64,000 nt of DNA from a virus. The stretch's first letter is position 1; each line of letters opens with the position of its first letter. The stretch covers positions 64,267 through 128,266 of the IMG/VR virus record IMGVR_UViG_3300033145_000849; one strand, written 5' to 3'. A program made the position numbers and the translations under genes. The notes beneath the pieces were generated by a model. It saw nothing but the letters and a program-made list of their open reading frames with translations. It did not search any database and was not told the DNA's origin. Shown one piece after another: positions 30,931 through 40,648 of the stretch.

Positions 30931-32445
30931 TTATGATTGATTAAGTTCTTCTATCCATTTATTAACCTTGTCAACTTCGGATACTTCTGTTTCCAATCTA
31001 CAAGGAAGAATCACTTCGGTAGGTCCAGAAAGAGCCTGGGCAGTTGCCCTAATTGTCTCTTTAGTTTTCTGAGCTACCGTTGGAGTAATAAGATCTTCTC
31101 CCTCAAATTGAAACACATTTCCAAAACTTGGCAAGGGGTCCTCTTTTGTAGAAGAATTCACAACTACATCGAAATTAGGCACCTTTTCATCAATATGAAC
31201 TTCACCCTTATCGTCAATCCACATATTGAAAGGAGCATTTGGGTTCAAAAAAGTATCCAAGAAGTTATCAATTTCAGAGATTTCAGGTGGTCGATCACTA
31301 GAACAGGCCTGATGTCCTGAAGAAACAGCGCTGATTATGGCAGTAATAAACCCAATCATACGTATAGTCTGCAGTTTCTTAGTAGCAGAATCTAAATACC
31401 CACCGCCCATGCTTGATGTTTCTTCCATAATTGCTTTGATTTCATCAAGATAGAAGGCTAGCTTAGTTTCTATTGCATCTTTAGCTTCTTGAATAGTCTG
31501 GTTCAATTGTCCCAAACCACCCGTGAGCCCTGCTTGTATCTCTCTGCTCTTATCTTGAAGCTGGTTCATGGTTTCGTCAGCTTTTCTTAAAGCACTAGGA
31601 TCCATCTCAAACCCCAGTTTTTGCATTTGTTGATTTAAGGAATCTATTACACACTCTAATGGAGCTGTCACTATCGAGACAAACTGATCCAATAAAGAAC
31701 CAAGAGACATCAGAATAGGAGAAAAAATAGGAGCGATTAACATCTGGATTATATTAATAAATCCATCTAGTTTAGGAACGTCTAGAAGCATCATTGCCAT
31801 TAACAGAACAATGAGACGTTGCAAGTCTGGAACACATATGAAACTGAGAAAGTTTAACATTCCACAGAAATCTCCATATGTATCGAAATTATTCAGCATA
31901 TCTCCAATGCCACCAAGAAAGCCCAATTTAGCATCTATGTCAATTGTTAAAGAACCCAAGAGGTCTACGTGGGGATGAAGTTCCATAAAGGATACAATTC
32001 TAAACTTGCATGGAATACAATCCTGGGTCCAGTCCATCATGGATTTTCCGAATGATTCAGTTAATGTAGACGTAAATTCCTCGCCCACTTTAACTGCTTG
32101 CATAATATGATCAGTAGGGGCTTCTTCTCCGCCAGTTTTACCTTCTTGATCTGCAACATCAGCATTTGTCAATAATTTTTCAAGCTGTCTTAAGTTTTCG
32201 TCTGCTGCCTCTTGAGGATGTCTAATATATCCTTTAAGAGAGGTTCCCACTGCTGAACTGAAGCTTTTGGTATTATGTAGAGATCTTTGTATTGTTGCAA
32301 AAACAGCCGCTTCTGTAGGAGTAGAATGAGCTCCTCTTTCAAAAGTCTGTGCAATTAAAGAACAATCTTGAAGATCAGTATTCCCAAGATTAGTTTTTCC
32401 TGGGTCTAACTTACTTATATCTATTTTAGAATAGTCTATAGCCAT
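30931..32445 (-). CDS. Hypothetical virion-module protein (helical, hydrophobic segments)
   Basis: 504-aa ORF between terminase and portal. Confidence 0.55.
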   Translation of the reverse strand: MAIDYSKIDISKLDPGKTNLGNTDLQDCSLIAQTFERGAHSTPTEAAVFATIQRSLHNTKSFSSAVGTSLKGYIRHPQEAADENLRQLEKLLTNADVADQEGKTGGEEAPTDHIMQAVKVGEEFTSTLTESFGKSMMDWTQDCIPCKFRIVSFMELHPHVDLLGSLTIDIDAKLGFLGGIGDMLNNFDTYGDFCGMLNFLSFICVPDLQRLIVLLMAMMLLDVPKLDGFINIIQMLIAPIFSPILMSLGSLLDQFVSIVTAPLECVIDSLNQQMQKLGFEMDPSALRKADETMNQLQDKSREIQAGLTGGLGQLNQTIQEAKDAIETKLAFYLDEIKAIMEETSSMGGGYLDSATKKLQTIRMIGFITAIISAVSSGHQACSSDRPPEISEIDNFLDTFLNPNAPFNMWIDDKGEVHIDEKVPNFDVVVNSSTKEDPLPSFGNVFQFEGEDLITPTVAQKTKETIRATAQALSGPTEVILPCRLETEVSEVDKVNKWIEELNQS

Positions 32446-32453
32446 AATAATCC

Positions 32454-33155
32454 TTAAATAGGAGTAGGTATCCCGCCTGCTTTTGGATCTGGATGTGGTG
32501 TATCTATCTTGTGTTTAATAATAGCTATCTGATCCTGAAGCATAATCATTGGAAGCAATAGAGCAAACAATGATATAACCGCATTGTCTTGAAAATCTTC
32601 CAGATCGACAGGTTCAACAACTTGCATTGGGGAGTTTACTTCAGCACGATTTTGACCTGGTTGTTTTCCTAATCCACCAAAATCCTTACGTAAAGGATCT
32701 GCTTTAGCAGCCCTAATGTCTTTGTCTGTAATCTTTGGTGGAGTTGGAGCTTGTCTGTCAATACAGTCTAAAGCATTTTTGTACATATCGTATGTGATTT
32801 TAGCAGGATCCTCTCCAGGAAAACGTCTCTTCATAGCAGCAATAGCAAGACCGTCTACTTTAGGGTCCAACTGTATTGTTAAACCACCGCTAGCAGCCAC
32901 TCTGTTATCTATTCTTTGTTGAGCAAGGTCTGCTAATTTACCTACAGCTTCATTTGCATCTATAAGACCTTGAGTCTGGTTTCTAAGATCGTCCAGTAAG
33001 GGTTCGGCTGGCTCTTCCATGTAGTTGTCTGGAAACTCTTGTCCTGGTTCTACATATTCAATTACAGGACGATAGTTAAGAATAAAGTCATCGTCTTCAA
33101 AGTCATGGCCAACATCATCTGGTAATGGAAGTAGATAGTCTTTTTTCTTGCCCAT
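32454..33155 (-). CDS. Hypothetical protein
   Basis: 233-aa ORF coupled (TAATG) to the upstream gene. Confidence 0.55.
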   Translation of the reverse strand: MGKKKDYLLPLPDDVGHDFEDDDFILNYRPVIEYVEPGQEFPDNYMEEPAEPLLDDLRNQTQGLIDANEAVGKLADLAQQRIDNRVAASGGLTIQLDPKVDGLAIAAMKRRFPGEDPAKITYDMYKNALDCIDRQAPTPPKITDKDIRAAKADPLRKDFGGLGKQPGQNRAEVNSPMQVVEPVDLEDFQDNAVISLFALLLPMIMLQDQIAIIKHKIDTPHPDPKAGGIPTPI

Positions 33156-33601
33156 TAAACTGCATTCTCCATTGCGCTTATCCTAAGAATTACATCTTTA
33201 ATAGTAGAGATAGCTTGCCCTCTTGGTATGGTTACCCTAACCCAAAAGGCAAAATATGTTGAAGTATCACCTAGTATTGATGTACCTACATCAGACATGG
33301 ACAGAGAATTAGCTGGAAGAATTTGTTGCCATTCTGCAACCGTAAGAGGAATATCTTTATCGGCTAACTGCCATGAAAATCCTTCTATAGATCCATCAAC
33401 AATATCAACGCCCGATGTGTCTACTGCTTGAATAGTAATGCCACTGTACCATTTAGCAGAATCATCATTGCGTAGATAAAGCAATTTATCTATAGCCCCA
33501 CCCAGTCTGCCGTCAAAAGTTACCGTAAAAGGACTTAGACTTGTTGCATCGTTGGTTAGACTAGCACTCTCGTTTGTATCATTATATAGAGCAAGCGACA
33601 T
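33155..33601 (-). CDS. Hypothetical beta-rich virion protein
   Basis: Start moved to ATG 33601 (MSLALYN) behind a GGAG RBS. Confidence 0.55.
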   Translation of the reverse strand: MSLALYNDTNESASLTNDATSLSPFTVTFDGRLGGAIDKLLYLRNDDSAKWYSGITIQAVDTSGVDIVDGSIEGFSWQLADKDIPLTVAEWQQILPANSLSMSDVGTSILGDTSTYFAFWVRVTIPRGQAISTIKDVILRISAMENAV

Positions 33602-33625
33602 GGGGCAGATCTCCAATAATTCATT

Positions 33626-33634
33626 AGTATAGCA
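33626..33634 (-). promoter_or_regulatory. Candidate extended -10 promoter TGcTATACT
   Basis: Lies in the gap between terminase and the next gene. Confidence 0.35.
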
Positions 33635-33650
33635 TGGGTTTTTGTATCTT

Positions 33651-36600
33651 CTAGAACTTTCTTCTCTTAGGAGCTGAGGGTCTTCTGGGGCTCATTCCTA
33701 TCCGTTTTCTAGCATCATTTGATGCCTGTTGCATACTTCTAGACTTGGGTCTTGGAGCATCATGTCCAAATCCTGGCCAGTTCCATATCTTAACCCCAGC
33801 CTCTTTGTTTGTATGAGCTGCAGGCAGATCTGGCTTCGAAATAGTGTTTACATTAGCAAAATCAGCCCTTCCAGATTGAGGCTTATGAGATTCTGCTGAT
33901 ATATGCTTTCCAGTGTCACCATCTATCAATCCTATACCTGGTGAATAGGCAATAGTATTATCATACTTAGGTTTGCCAAATGGTGTCTTTTCTAAAGTGA
34001 AAGCCACTAATGCTAAGTTAACAGCATCTAGAACATGGTCTCCTACTCTTGTATTCTCTTGTTCATATACTGGCATTCCGGCCATTGTCATACGCTTAAC
34101 AATATATCCTAAAAGAGCAGAAGTAAACTTATCATCTGACTTGGGATACTTAATAGTACAGGTTTCGAACCTTCTTACAGAGTTTTCAACTAAGAAAGGT
34201 TTCGCCGGTTTCTTAACGAGCTCTTTCGTAAACAAATCGTGGGTTTCTATTGTTCCACCAAAGTCATAAGCTTTAACTATTCTGGAAAGCTTAGAGTCTG
34301 GATGAGACTTGCCTTTAGTTGCTATGGAGTCAAATCCAAACTTTCTTAAGACTTCATATTGTGTAGCTCCAAAACCTCTATCTATGTAGATTGTGAAAGG
34401 ATTCCAGAGTCGGTTATACTCTGCAACTTTTTCACAAGCAGCCAATTGGGTATAGTCACCCCTACTAACAATCTGTTTATCTACAAGATAGAAAAGACCA
34501 TTTGCTGGATCGTAACCTACTACAACAATAGTTACGCCTACCTTTCTATCGTTCCAATCTACACCCATACTATAGTGCCAATTTGGATTAACGGTTTGTT
34601 CACTATACTTGTACTCTGATTGTGCAATCTCAACATACTTAGCTTGATAAACGCCTTCTTCTTGCTCACCAAACTGAGCTAGAACCTCATGTTTATAACC
34701 ATCTTCTGTAAGCTGTTCATGGAAAAAGTCTTCAAGCTCATCACTCCAGTTTGGATTGATTTGTGAAGGATAATGAAACTCCTTGAATATTCTAGAATTA
34801 CAAGTGGTATAGAAATGTTCTCTCTTACCAGTTGGAGTTGAAGACATCCAAACAGTAGCCTTAGGATGGTTTGTAATGATAGCAGACGCGGCATTTACAT
34901 CATCAGCACAAAGCATATCTGCCTCATCAAAGATCAACATACTAGCATCCTGACCTCTTACGGACCCAGCACCTTGTCCTGATCTAGTACCAGCAGTAAA
35001 ACCTCTAACCCTAGAACCATTAGCTAATTCCATAGCATAGTTAGGTGCCTTTACATTTCTAGTAACAGAAGCACTAAGCAAAGGATTGCCTTGAATCATA
35101 CCTTGAAGTCTAGAGAATATTAACTCGATTTGAGATTGGAATGGAGCTATCACAACTACTTTAAACTTAGAATGAGTAAACATACCATGTAGCATAGCTA
35201 TACATAATGCTTCGGTTTTTCCCGAGTTATGGGTTAGGATTCCATTGGCAATAAAATTATGATTATTTTTAACTTCAATATCATATGTTTCTTGTTCTCC
35301 AAGATATTCTATCTTTGAGACATAGTCCCATAAAATATCTTTTTCTGTCTTGCCATATTTATCTCCAGTGCTATCTGTTATTTTCATTGCAACAGAACAT
35401 GCCGTCTCTTTCCCTTTTACAGGTCCAATATTGTTAAGAAAATTTATTACCCCGTTTTTGTTAGAAACGACATATCTGTAACCACAATCTTCTTGTTTGA
35501 TATATCCATGAACACCAAATCTCCATAATAGACGTTGGATATCTTGAACTAATAGTTTATTTTCTTGGAGAACACCAATTTCGGTCCTATAGGTTTCTCT
35601 ACCTGTACGTTTAAATGAAGAGACATATCCATCTGCAGACCATAATCGATTCATAAAAGCAGCAATTTGTTCTTTGGGCGCTTCAAATATAGCTTTTGGA
35701 ACTCTCTTATCTGGACCACGAATATCTCCTAGTCCATGCTTAAATATAATTTCTCTTACAGGATTGGGTTGTCGGCGGCCATTAGAAATAATCAGATCAA
35801 AACCATTACCTTTTGGATAAGGTTTTACCTCGGAACCAAAAGATTTACATAAACTAGTAAATTCGTTTAAATATTCTTCAGTAATATTAGTAAACTTGGC
35901 CGATTGTTTAGGAGCACAGCTTCCATCAGCGATAAAATAGCCTAATAGTTCAGGTAATCCCAAGGGCAATGGTTTCGTACCAAAAACTGGTTCTACAATT
36001 GGAACTGCTATCTTATGTCCTACCTGTAGTCCAGAGCTAATAGTTGACCAATGACGAGGTAGTTTCTCTATGGTATATCCATTTTTATAATCACAGAAAC
36101 GGCTAATAGACAGGAATGGATGATTATTAGTACATTCAATTTCGTGTCCAAATTTTGTCCTAATTCTATAAACTGGCTTAGATCCACTGGACCAAGAATC
36201 AACAACAGTATCAGATTCTAATTTATAAGTACTTGTATTAACAGAGAAAAGACTGTCTCCAGCTCGAACTTCTTTGATTGATACCACTTTGCCACTAGTA
36301 AGTTGGACTAAAGTATTTTCAGTTAGGCACTGTCTACCCAATCTGAAGGCTTTACGCTTACTAGAACATCTTAACATTTGGGCTTGATAAGGTCTGTGGA
36401 AAGGAGCCTTTCCCATCTTTGCCACTTCTTCATCATATGGATTAGATTCTTCAGGTAAGGAACCATCGTCTGTCATTCGTTTCCAAACTGCACCTTCTGG
36501 ATCAAGACAGTGCCAGTCTAAAAATTCTGCTGCCCATGTAACTGGATCTAACATAGATATAGCGATCTCGGGATCGCCACCTACACTAGCTAAAATATCA

Positions 36601-36731
36601 TCTGAAAGATATGCTTCTGGGATACCAAAACAAGGAACTCTAAAGTTGTCTCCTCTTTTAAGATTGTGTTTCTTAACATAACCTTTTACACAGTCTTTAC
36701 AGATCCCATCACATTGCCTAAGGTCTATCAA
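33651..36731 (-). CDS. terL: Terminase large subunit (intein-containing)
   Basis: After splicing: Walker A GRQSGKT, Walker B LIFDEAD, SSTPTG, nuclease MGVDWN and DHVLDA. Confidence 0.93.
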   Translation of the reverse strand: MIDLRQCDGICKDCVKGYVKKHNLKRGDNFRVPCFGIPEAYLSDDILASVGGDPEIAISMLDPVTWAAEFLDWHCLDPEGAVWKRMTDDGSLPEESNPYDEEVAKMGKAPFHRPYQAQMLRCSSKRKAFRLGRQCLTENTLVQLTSGKVVSIKEVRAGDSLFSVNTSTYKLESDTVVDSWSSGSKPVYRIRTKFGHEIECTNNHPFLSISRFCDYKNGYTIEKLPRHWSTISSGLQVGHKIAVPIVEPVFGTKPLPLGLPELLGYFIADGSCAPKQSAKFTNITEEYLNEFTSLCKSFGSEVKPYPKGNGFDLIISNGRRQPNPVREIIFKHGLGDIRGPDKRVPKAIFEAPKEQIAAFMNRLWSADGYVSSFKRTGRETYRTEIGVLQENKLLVQDIQRLLWRFGVHGYIKQEDCGYRYVVSNKNGVINFLNNIGPVKGKETACSVAMKITDSTGDKYGKTEKDILWDYVSKIEYLGEQETYDIEVKNNHNFIANGILTHNSGKTEALCIAMLHGMFTHSKFKVVVIAPFQSQIELIFSRLQGMIQGNPLLSASVTRNVKAPNYAMELANGSRVRGFTAGTRSGQGAGSVRGQDASMLIFDEADMLCADDVNAASAIITNHPKATVWMSSTPTGKREHFYTTCNSRIFKEFHYPSQINPNWSDELEDFFHEQLTEDGYKHEVLAQFGEQEEGVYQAKYVEIAQSEYKYSEQTVNPNWHYSMGVDWNDRKVGVTIVVVGYDPANGLFYLVDKQIVSRGDYTQLAACEKVAEYNRLWNPFTIYIDRGFGATQYEVLRKFGFDSIATKGKSHPDSKLSRIVKAYDFGGTIETHDLFTKELVKKPAKPFLVENSVRRFETCTIKYPKSDDKFTSALLGYIVKRMTMAGMPVYEQENTRVGDHVLDAVNLALVAFTLEKTPFGKPKYDNTIAYSPGIGLIDGDTGKHISAESHKPQSGRADFANVNTISKPDLPAAHTNKEAGVKIWNWPGFGHDAPRPKSRSMQQASNDARKRIGMSPRRPSAPKRRKF
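35226..36329 (-). mobile_element. Intein with LAGLIDADG endonuclease in the TerL Walker A motif
   Basis: LGRQ|CLTENT...CTNNHPF...LGYFIADG...LWSADG...TYDIEV...ANGILTHN|SGKT; 368 aa. Confidence 0.95.
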
Positions 36732-36758
36732 AACCTACTCCTGAAATTAAAGCCTTGG

Positions 36759-37244
36759 TTAAATTCTACCCCATGCCTTGTTTGCTCCAGCCCGAGCCAA
36801 TGCATTAAAACCATTGGATGCTTGTGCATATGACTGGCCAATAAATCTGGACGCTGTGCCTGCCATGGCATGAGCTGCCATTCCTGCAGCCTGACCTCTT
36901 CCTAATCCCATTCCTTTAGGACCCATTCCTCTATATACTCCTGCGCCTCTTTGTCCAAGTCGCGTTGCACCAAGAGCACCTGCTCCTAAAGCCATGCCAC
37001 CTAAAGCTCCACCTATAACACTGGTATCGTTAGAAAAGGCACCGTATGTACCACCAGCAACTCCACCCATAGCAGCAGAGAGACCAGTATTACTCATACC
37101 ACGCATGTAACCAAGACCTCGAGCCCCTAGCATACCGGCTTCTCCTGCGGCGGTCTTCCACCCACCAGCTCCAATCAAACCTGCTGATGCATCAGTAAGA
37201 CCTAGTCCTGCTTTACTTGCCAACCCTCTCATCTTATTAAACAT
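36759..37244 (-). CDS. Gly/Ala-rich membrane-type protein (glycine-zipper-like)
   Basis: AAMGGVAGGTYG, VIGGALGGMALGAGALG. Confidence 0.6.
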   Translation of the reverse strand: MFNKMRGLASKAGLGLTDASAGLIGAGGWKTAAGEAGMLGARGLGYMRGMSNTGLSAAMGGVAGGTYGAFSNDTSVIGGALGGMALGAGALGATRLGQRGAGVYRGMGPKGMGLGRGQAAGMAAHAMAGTASRFIGQSYAQASNGFNALARAGANKAWGRI

Positions 37245-37256
37245 TAAAAATTCTCC

Positions 37257-37820
37257 TTACCTATAATAAGGCGAGTAGGACATTAGTGCTTCGTTTCCTA
37301 AAGCTGACCTACCATTTATTTTAGAATTTTGAAGGGCCTGGAAGCTTCGTTGTCTCATAGTAGACATGGTTCCAAACCGATCTAATACAGGTGTACCCAT
37401 TTCTAGTCTAGCATGTTTCTTTAGATATTCATTGGTAAACGGCCTGAAGAGCTGCTTGGTCTCTCCACCCGAAGCATAGAATGCTCCAAGGCCTGCTCCT
37501 GCAGCAAGACCAACACCTGCACCAATTACTGCCGCAGATGTACCCATAGCACTAAGTGCAGCATTGAAAGCATAGAACGTTCCAATTTCTGAAGCTGCTC
37601 CCATTGCTGCTCCACTTACTCCACCTTCTTGATATCCTTGAGCAGCTGCCATTAGTGTAAAAGCTGGACCAATAAGTCTCCCAAGACCCTTGCCGCTAAG
37701 ACCCACCATGTCTTTAACGCCTCTCATTCCAGCCTGATGCATTGAACTTCCCATATATGTCTTAACAAGTCCTCCCGATCCAGCGGCAGGTCTACTTGCA
37801 ACAGATCCCATTATAGCCAT
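37257..37820 (-). CDS. Gly/Ala-rich membrane-type protein
   Basis: AAVIGAGVGLAAGAGLGAF hydrophobic segment. Confidence 0.6.
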   Translation of the reverse strand: MAIMGSVASRPAAGSGGLVKTYMGSSMHQAGMRGVKDMVGLSGKGLGRLIGPAFTLMAAAQGYQEGGVSGAAMGAASEIGTFYAFNAALSAMGTSAAVIGAGVGLAAGAGLGAFYASGGETKQLFRPFTNEYLKKHARLEMGTPVLDRFGTMSTMRQRSFQALQNSKINGRSALGNEALMSYSPYYR

Positions 37821-38359
37821 TAGTGTCTCCCTCTATGTAGGCCTTGTACTAATCCTCCAGCACTACCTGCTAAGGCACGAAAATCTCCACCCATTCCTGG
37901 TGCGAAACCACTTGAAGAACCTCCAACAGCTTGCAAGTATGCTTCTCGATCTTCTGTAGAAACCCCGCCGCCAGGTGCTCCACCAGCAATTACTCCATAC
38001 CCTGCTGCTAGTCCACCTCCAGCCAATAATGCTGTCTTCGGATTCTTTAGTGCCCATCTTCCTATACCAAAACCTGCTTTACCTATTCCTATACCAGCTT
38101 TAGTACCCATCTTGGTTGCTCCCCAACCCAATTTAGCCATTCCCCCAACACCAATACCTTTTGCTATTCCAAAAGCTGACCTTGTTGTAAGAGCACCCAC
38201 TCCAAGTCCCATTGCAGCCCCAGCTACAGCATCTCTAACTCTTCCGGTAGTCGAAGCTTGTTCTGACATACCTCCACCTACGGCTCCACCTATAAGGCCA
38301 CCAACCGCCATTCTACGAATACCGCCACCTACCATAAATTTACCAGCAGCTAATAACAT
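37820..38359 (-). CDS. Gly/Ala-rich membrane-type protein (glycine-zipper-like)
   Basis: VGGLIGGAVGGG, AGAAMGLGVGA, LLAGGGLAAGYG. Confidence 0.6.
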   Translation of the reverse strand: MLLAAGKFMVGGGIRRMAVGGLIGGAVGGGMSEQASTTGRVRDAVAGAAMGLGVGALTTRSAFGIAKGIGVGGMAKLGWGATKMGTKAGIGIGKAGFGIGRWALKNPKTALLAGGGLAAGYGVIAGGAPGGGVSTEDREAYLQAVGGSSSGFAPGMGGDFRALAGSAGGLVQGLHRGRH

Positions 38360-40639
38360 TTATACTCCTCCACCTAGCTTCTTATCACAGTGTGTCACAT
38401 GGCCTCCAGTAGGTCTAGTGTGACTTCTACCACCATTTCGAGCAGCTTCCCAAATCTGAGCCTGTGTCGCTCTAATAGTCTTTGCTGATTCTAAATTCTT
38501 TATACGTAAAGATTCTCTAATTTTTATTATTTTTTGTAACTCAAGATTGTCAGAATTATAATTAGTCGGTGCTTTTCCAAGGGTCTTTTTAAAAACTTTC
38601 TTTCTAATCTCATAGTGAGCCATCATCATGTCTTTTGTTGATTCTCTCATAAATTCAACACGTTTTTCAGCTAGTCCATAATCTACAACATGAGCTACTT
38701 TTTCTCTTTTATTCCAAATTGTATTTGTAGGAGATATGTCTGGATTCCAGATTCCTCGTTCAGTTAATTCTTTTACAGCTCCACTCTCCATAGATTTTTC
38801 TGCCATTCTTACAGCTTTTAAATCTCCTTGTTCCAATAATTTGGCCACAGGAGTTCCTTTCATAAGTTCCATATATAAAGAATCGCCCTTTAGTCCATAA
38901 ACCGTAGGAGCAAAAGCTGTTTCTTCAAGGCCTTTCATCATTCGAGCCTCTTTTTTCAAATTAAAACCAGACAATAACCAATCTGCAGGCTTATCTACAG
39001 CGGAGGGGTCTTCAAAAACTTCTCTAAGTGGCCTAGTTTGTTTTTTTACATAAGAAAAAGTTTGGCCCTTATATTCTGTCTGCATACGATAAACATCTGA
39101 CCATCTTCCCTTACCAATCCGTTCTATTATAGTTCCTTGATGCAGTGCCTTTTGAAAACCTCGTCTTCTTAATAGGTTAGGAATAGTAACTCCTAATCTT
39201 GTTGCTACTCCTTTTAAGGCATCAAAACCGCTACCAAAGTCTGTAAGAATTTTACGAAGCACTGGGGCTAAACCACCGTGTCTTAATCCTTCTATTGTAT
39301 TATATTTATCGTCAAATCCGCTAAACCATCCATCTGAAGCTTGTCTTATAGGCTCTATTGCAGACCTTATCTTTCCTTTCTGATAAGATCGAAGAAAAAG
39401 TTCTTCTTGAGGCATAGTTAAATTGTGGGAAGGCATAGCACCCAACTTACCTTGTGCAAAAGACTTAGGAACTCTATCTATTAAAACTTTTATATTCCGT
39501 GCTTCAGCTGCTTCATGAAAAATAAACATTTTAGAAATATCTTCTGTAGTTGTCTTCTCTATCGATTTCATTGAAGCAAACCCTGCTTCGACTTCTTTTA
39601 TAGAAATACCTACATCTTTTGATATCTTACTCATGAGCTCGGATTGAGACATGTTTTTAAGTTCTGATCTAAAAATTTTCTGTACCTCTCCAAGACCTTC
39701 TTTTAAACCTCCCAGGATCTTTTTTGAAAGAGTTGGATCAACATAAGAACGACCAGGTACATATCCTTGTTTTTTAATATTTTTAACGAAAAGATCTTCT
39801 GCAGAACCACCTTTGATCGCTTTTTGTATCCAAGATTCTGGAGCAAGAGAAAAAGTACCCTGTAATATGTCTTTGGCTTCACCAGGAGGAGCTACTTTAA
39901 GTTCAACACCTAGTCTTTTGGCAAACTGTGAAACAGTATCGGTTTCAGCATATTTGGCTAATCCTCGGATTTCGGTAACAGAAAACCCACGAGTCTTAGG
40001 TGAAGGTCTAAACATTCTTCCTACAATCTGGCCTGCTCGTTGAAACATACCTTTAAATCCACTTCCAAAGTCGGTATTCTGTTTTCTAAGCTTACCTGCA
40101 AGGCCTTTGTGGCTTAAACCCTCTATTGTGTTGTATTCATCGTCTTTACCAGAGAAAACAGCAGCACCAGCTAGTATTGCTGCAACTCCTCCAGCTGCTA
40201 TTGCAGCTCTTTTTTTAGTCCAAAAAGAGGAAGAGATTGCCGCGATCGGGGGTGCAAACAGCTCTTCTCTAACAGGAAGGTTTTGTTTACTAAGAAAAGC
40301 TTTCCATCCCTCATCTACTGCTTTTGGTGTATAGGCTTTTGTTTCCCTAATACCCATATATAGAGATTCTGGAGACCTTATTACTTCAGGTTCTGCCATC
40401 GATGTAACCTTAGCAATATATTCAGCAATATTAGAAGAAAATGTTCTAGTGTAAGATCTGTATTCTTTAGGAGAAAAGACTTGAGCAGCAGTTAAAGGAA
40501 GAGACATCTGCCCTTTAGGAACAGTAGTTTTTAAAACAGGTAAGTCTTCTGTTAGTTTACGAGCAGCACTAAGACTAGAGATATCACGAGCTGGTAACCC
40601 TGCAAGCATTAACTGTTGGTTAATTTTGTCCCAGGCCAA
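38360..40639 (-). CDS. Modular protein with two 34-aa repeats and a C-terminal Ser/Thr-kinase-like domain
   Basis: IGKGRWSDVY (Gly loop), YVKK, KKEARMM, LYMELMKG, NPDISPTN, VVDYGLA. Confidence 0.75.
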   Translation of the reverse strand: MAWDKINQQLMLAGLPARDISSLSAARKLTEDLPVLKTTVPKGQMSLPLTAAQVFSPKEYRSYTRTFSSNIAEYIAKVTSMAEPEVIRSPESLYMGIRETKAYTPKAVDEGWKAFLSKQNLPVREELFAPPIAAISSSFWTKKRAAIAAGGVAAILAGAAVFSGKDDEYNTIEGLSHKGLAGKLRKQNTDFGSGFKGMFQRAGQIVGRMFRPSPKTRGFSVTEIRGLAKYAETDTVSQFAKRLGVELKVAPPGEAKDILQGTFSLAPESWIQKAIKGGSAEDLFVKNIKKQGYVPGRSYVDPTLSKKILGGLKEGLGEVQKIFRSELKNMSQSELMSKISKDVGISIKEVEAGFASMKSIEKTTTEDISKMFIFHEAAEARNIKVLIDRVPKSFAQGKLGAMPSHNLTMPQEELFLRSYQKGKIRSAIEPIRQASDGWFSGFDDKYNTIEGLRHGGLAPVLRKILTDFGSGFDALKGVATRLGVTIPNLLRRRGFQKALHQGTIIERIGKGRWSDVYRMQTEYKGQTFSYVKKQTRPLREVFEDPSAVDKPADWLLSGFNLKKEARMMKGLEETAFAPTVYGLKGDSLYMELMKGTPVAKLLEQGDLKAVRMAEKSMESGAVKELTERGIWNPDISPTNTIWNKREKVAHVVDYGLAEKRVEFMRESTKDMMMAHYEIRKKVFKKTLGKAPTNYNSDNLELQKIIKIRESLRIKNLESAKTIRATQAQIWEAARNGGRSHTRPTGGHVTHCDKKLGGGV
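39224..39325 (-). repeat. 34-aa internal repeat, copy 2 (FSGFDDKYNTIEGLRHGGLAPVLRKILTDFGSGF)
   Basis: 26/34 aa identical to the copy at 40055-40156. Confidence 0.9.
40055..40156 (-). repeat. 34-aa internal repeat, copy 1 (FSGKDDEYNTIEGLSHKGLAGKLRKQNTDFGSGF)
   Basis: 26/34 aa identical to the copy at 39224-39325. Confidence 0.9.
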
Positions 40640-40648
40640 CTAATATCA

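Noticed and set aside
38360-40639. Diversity-generating retroelement TR/VR pair for the 102-nt repeats
   Set aside because: Differences are not confined to adenines, both copies are in-frame coding, and no reverse transcriptase is present in the window.
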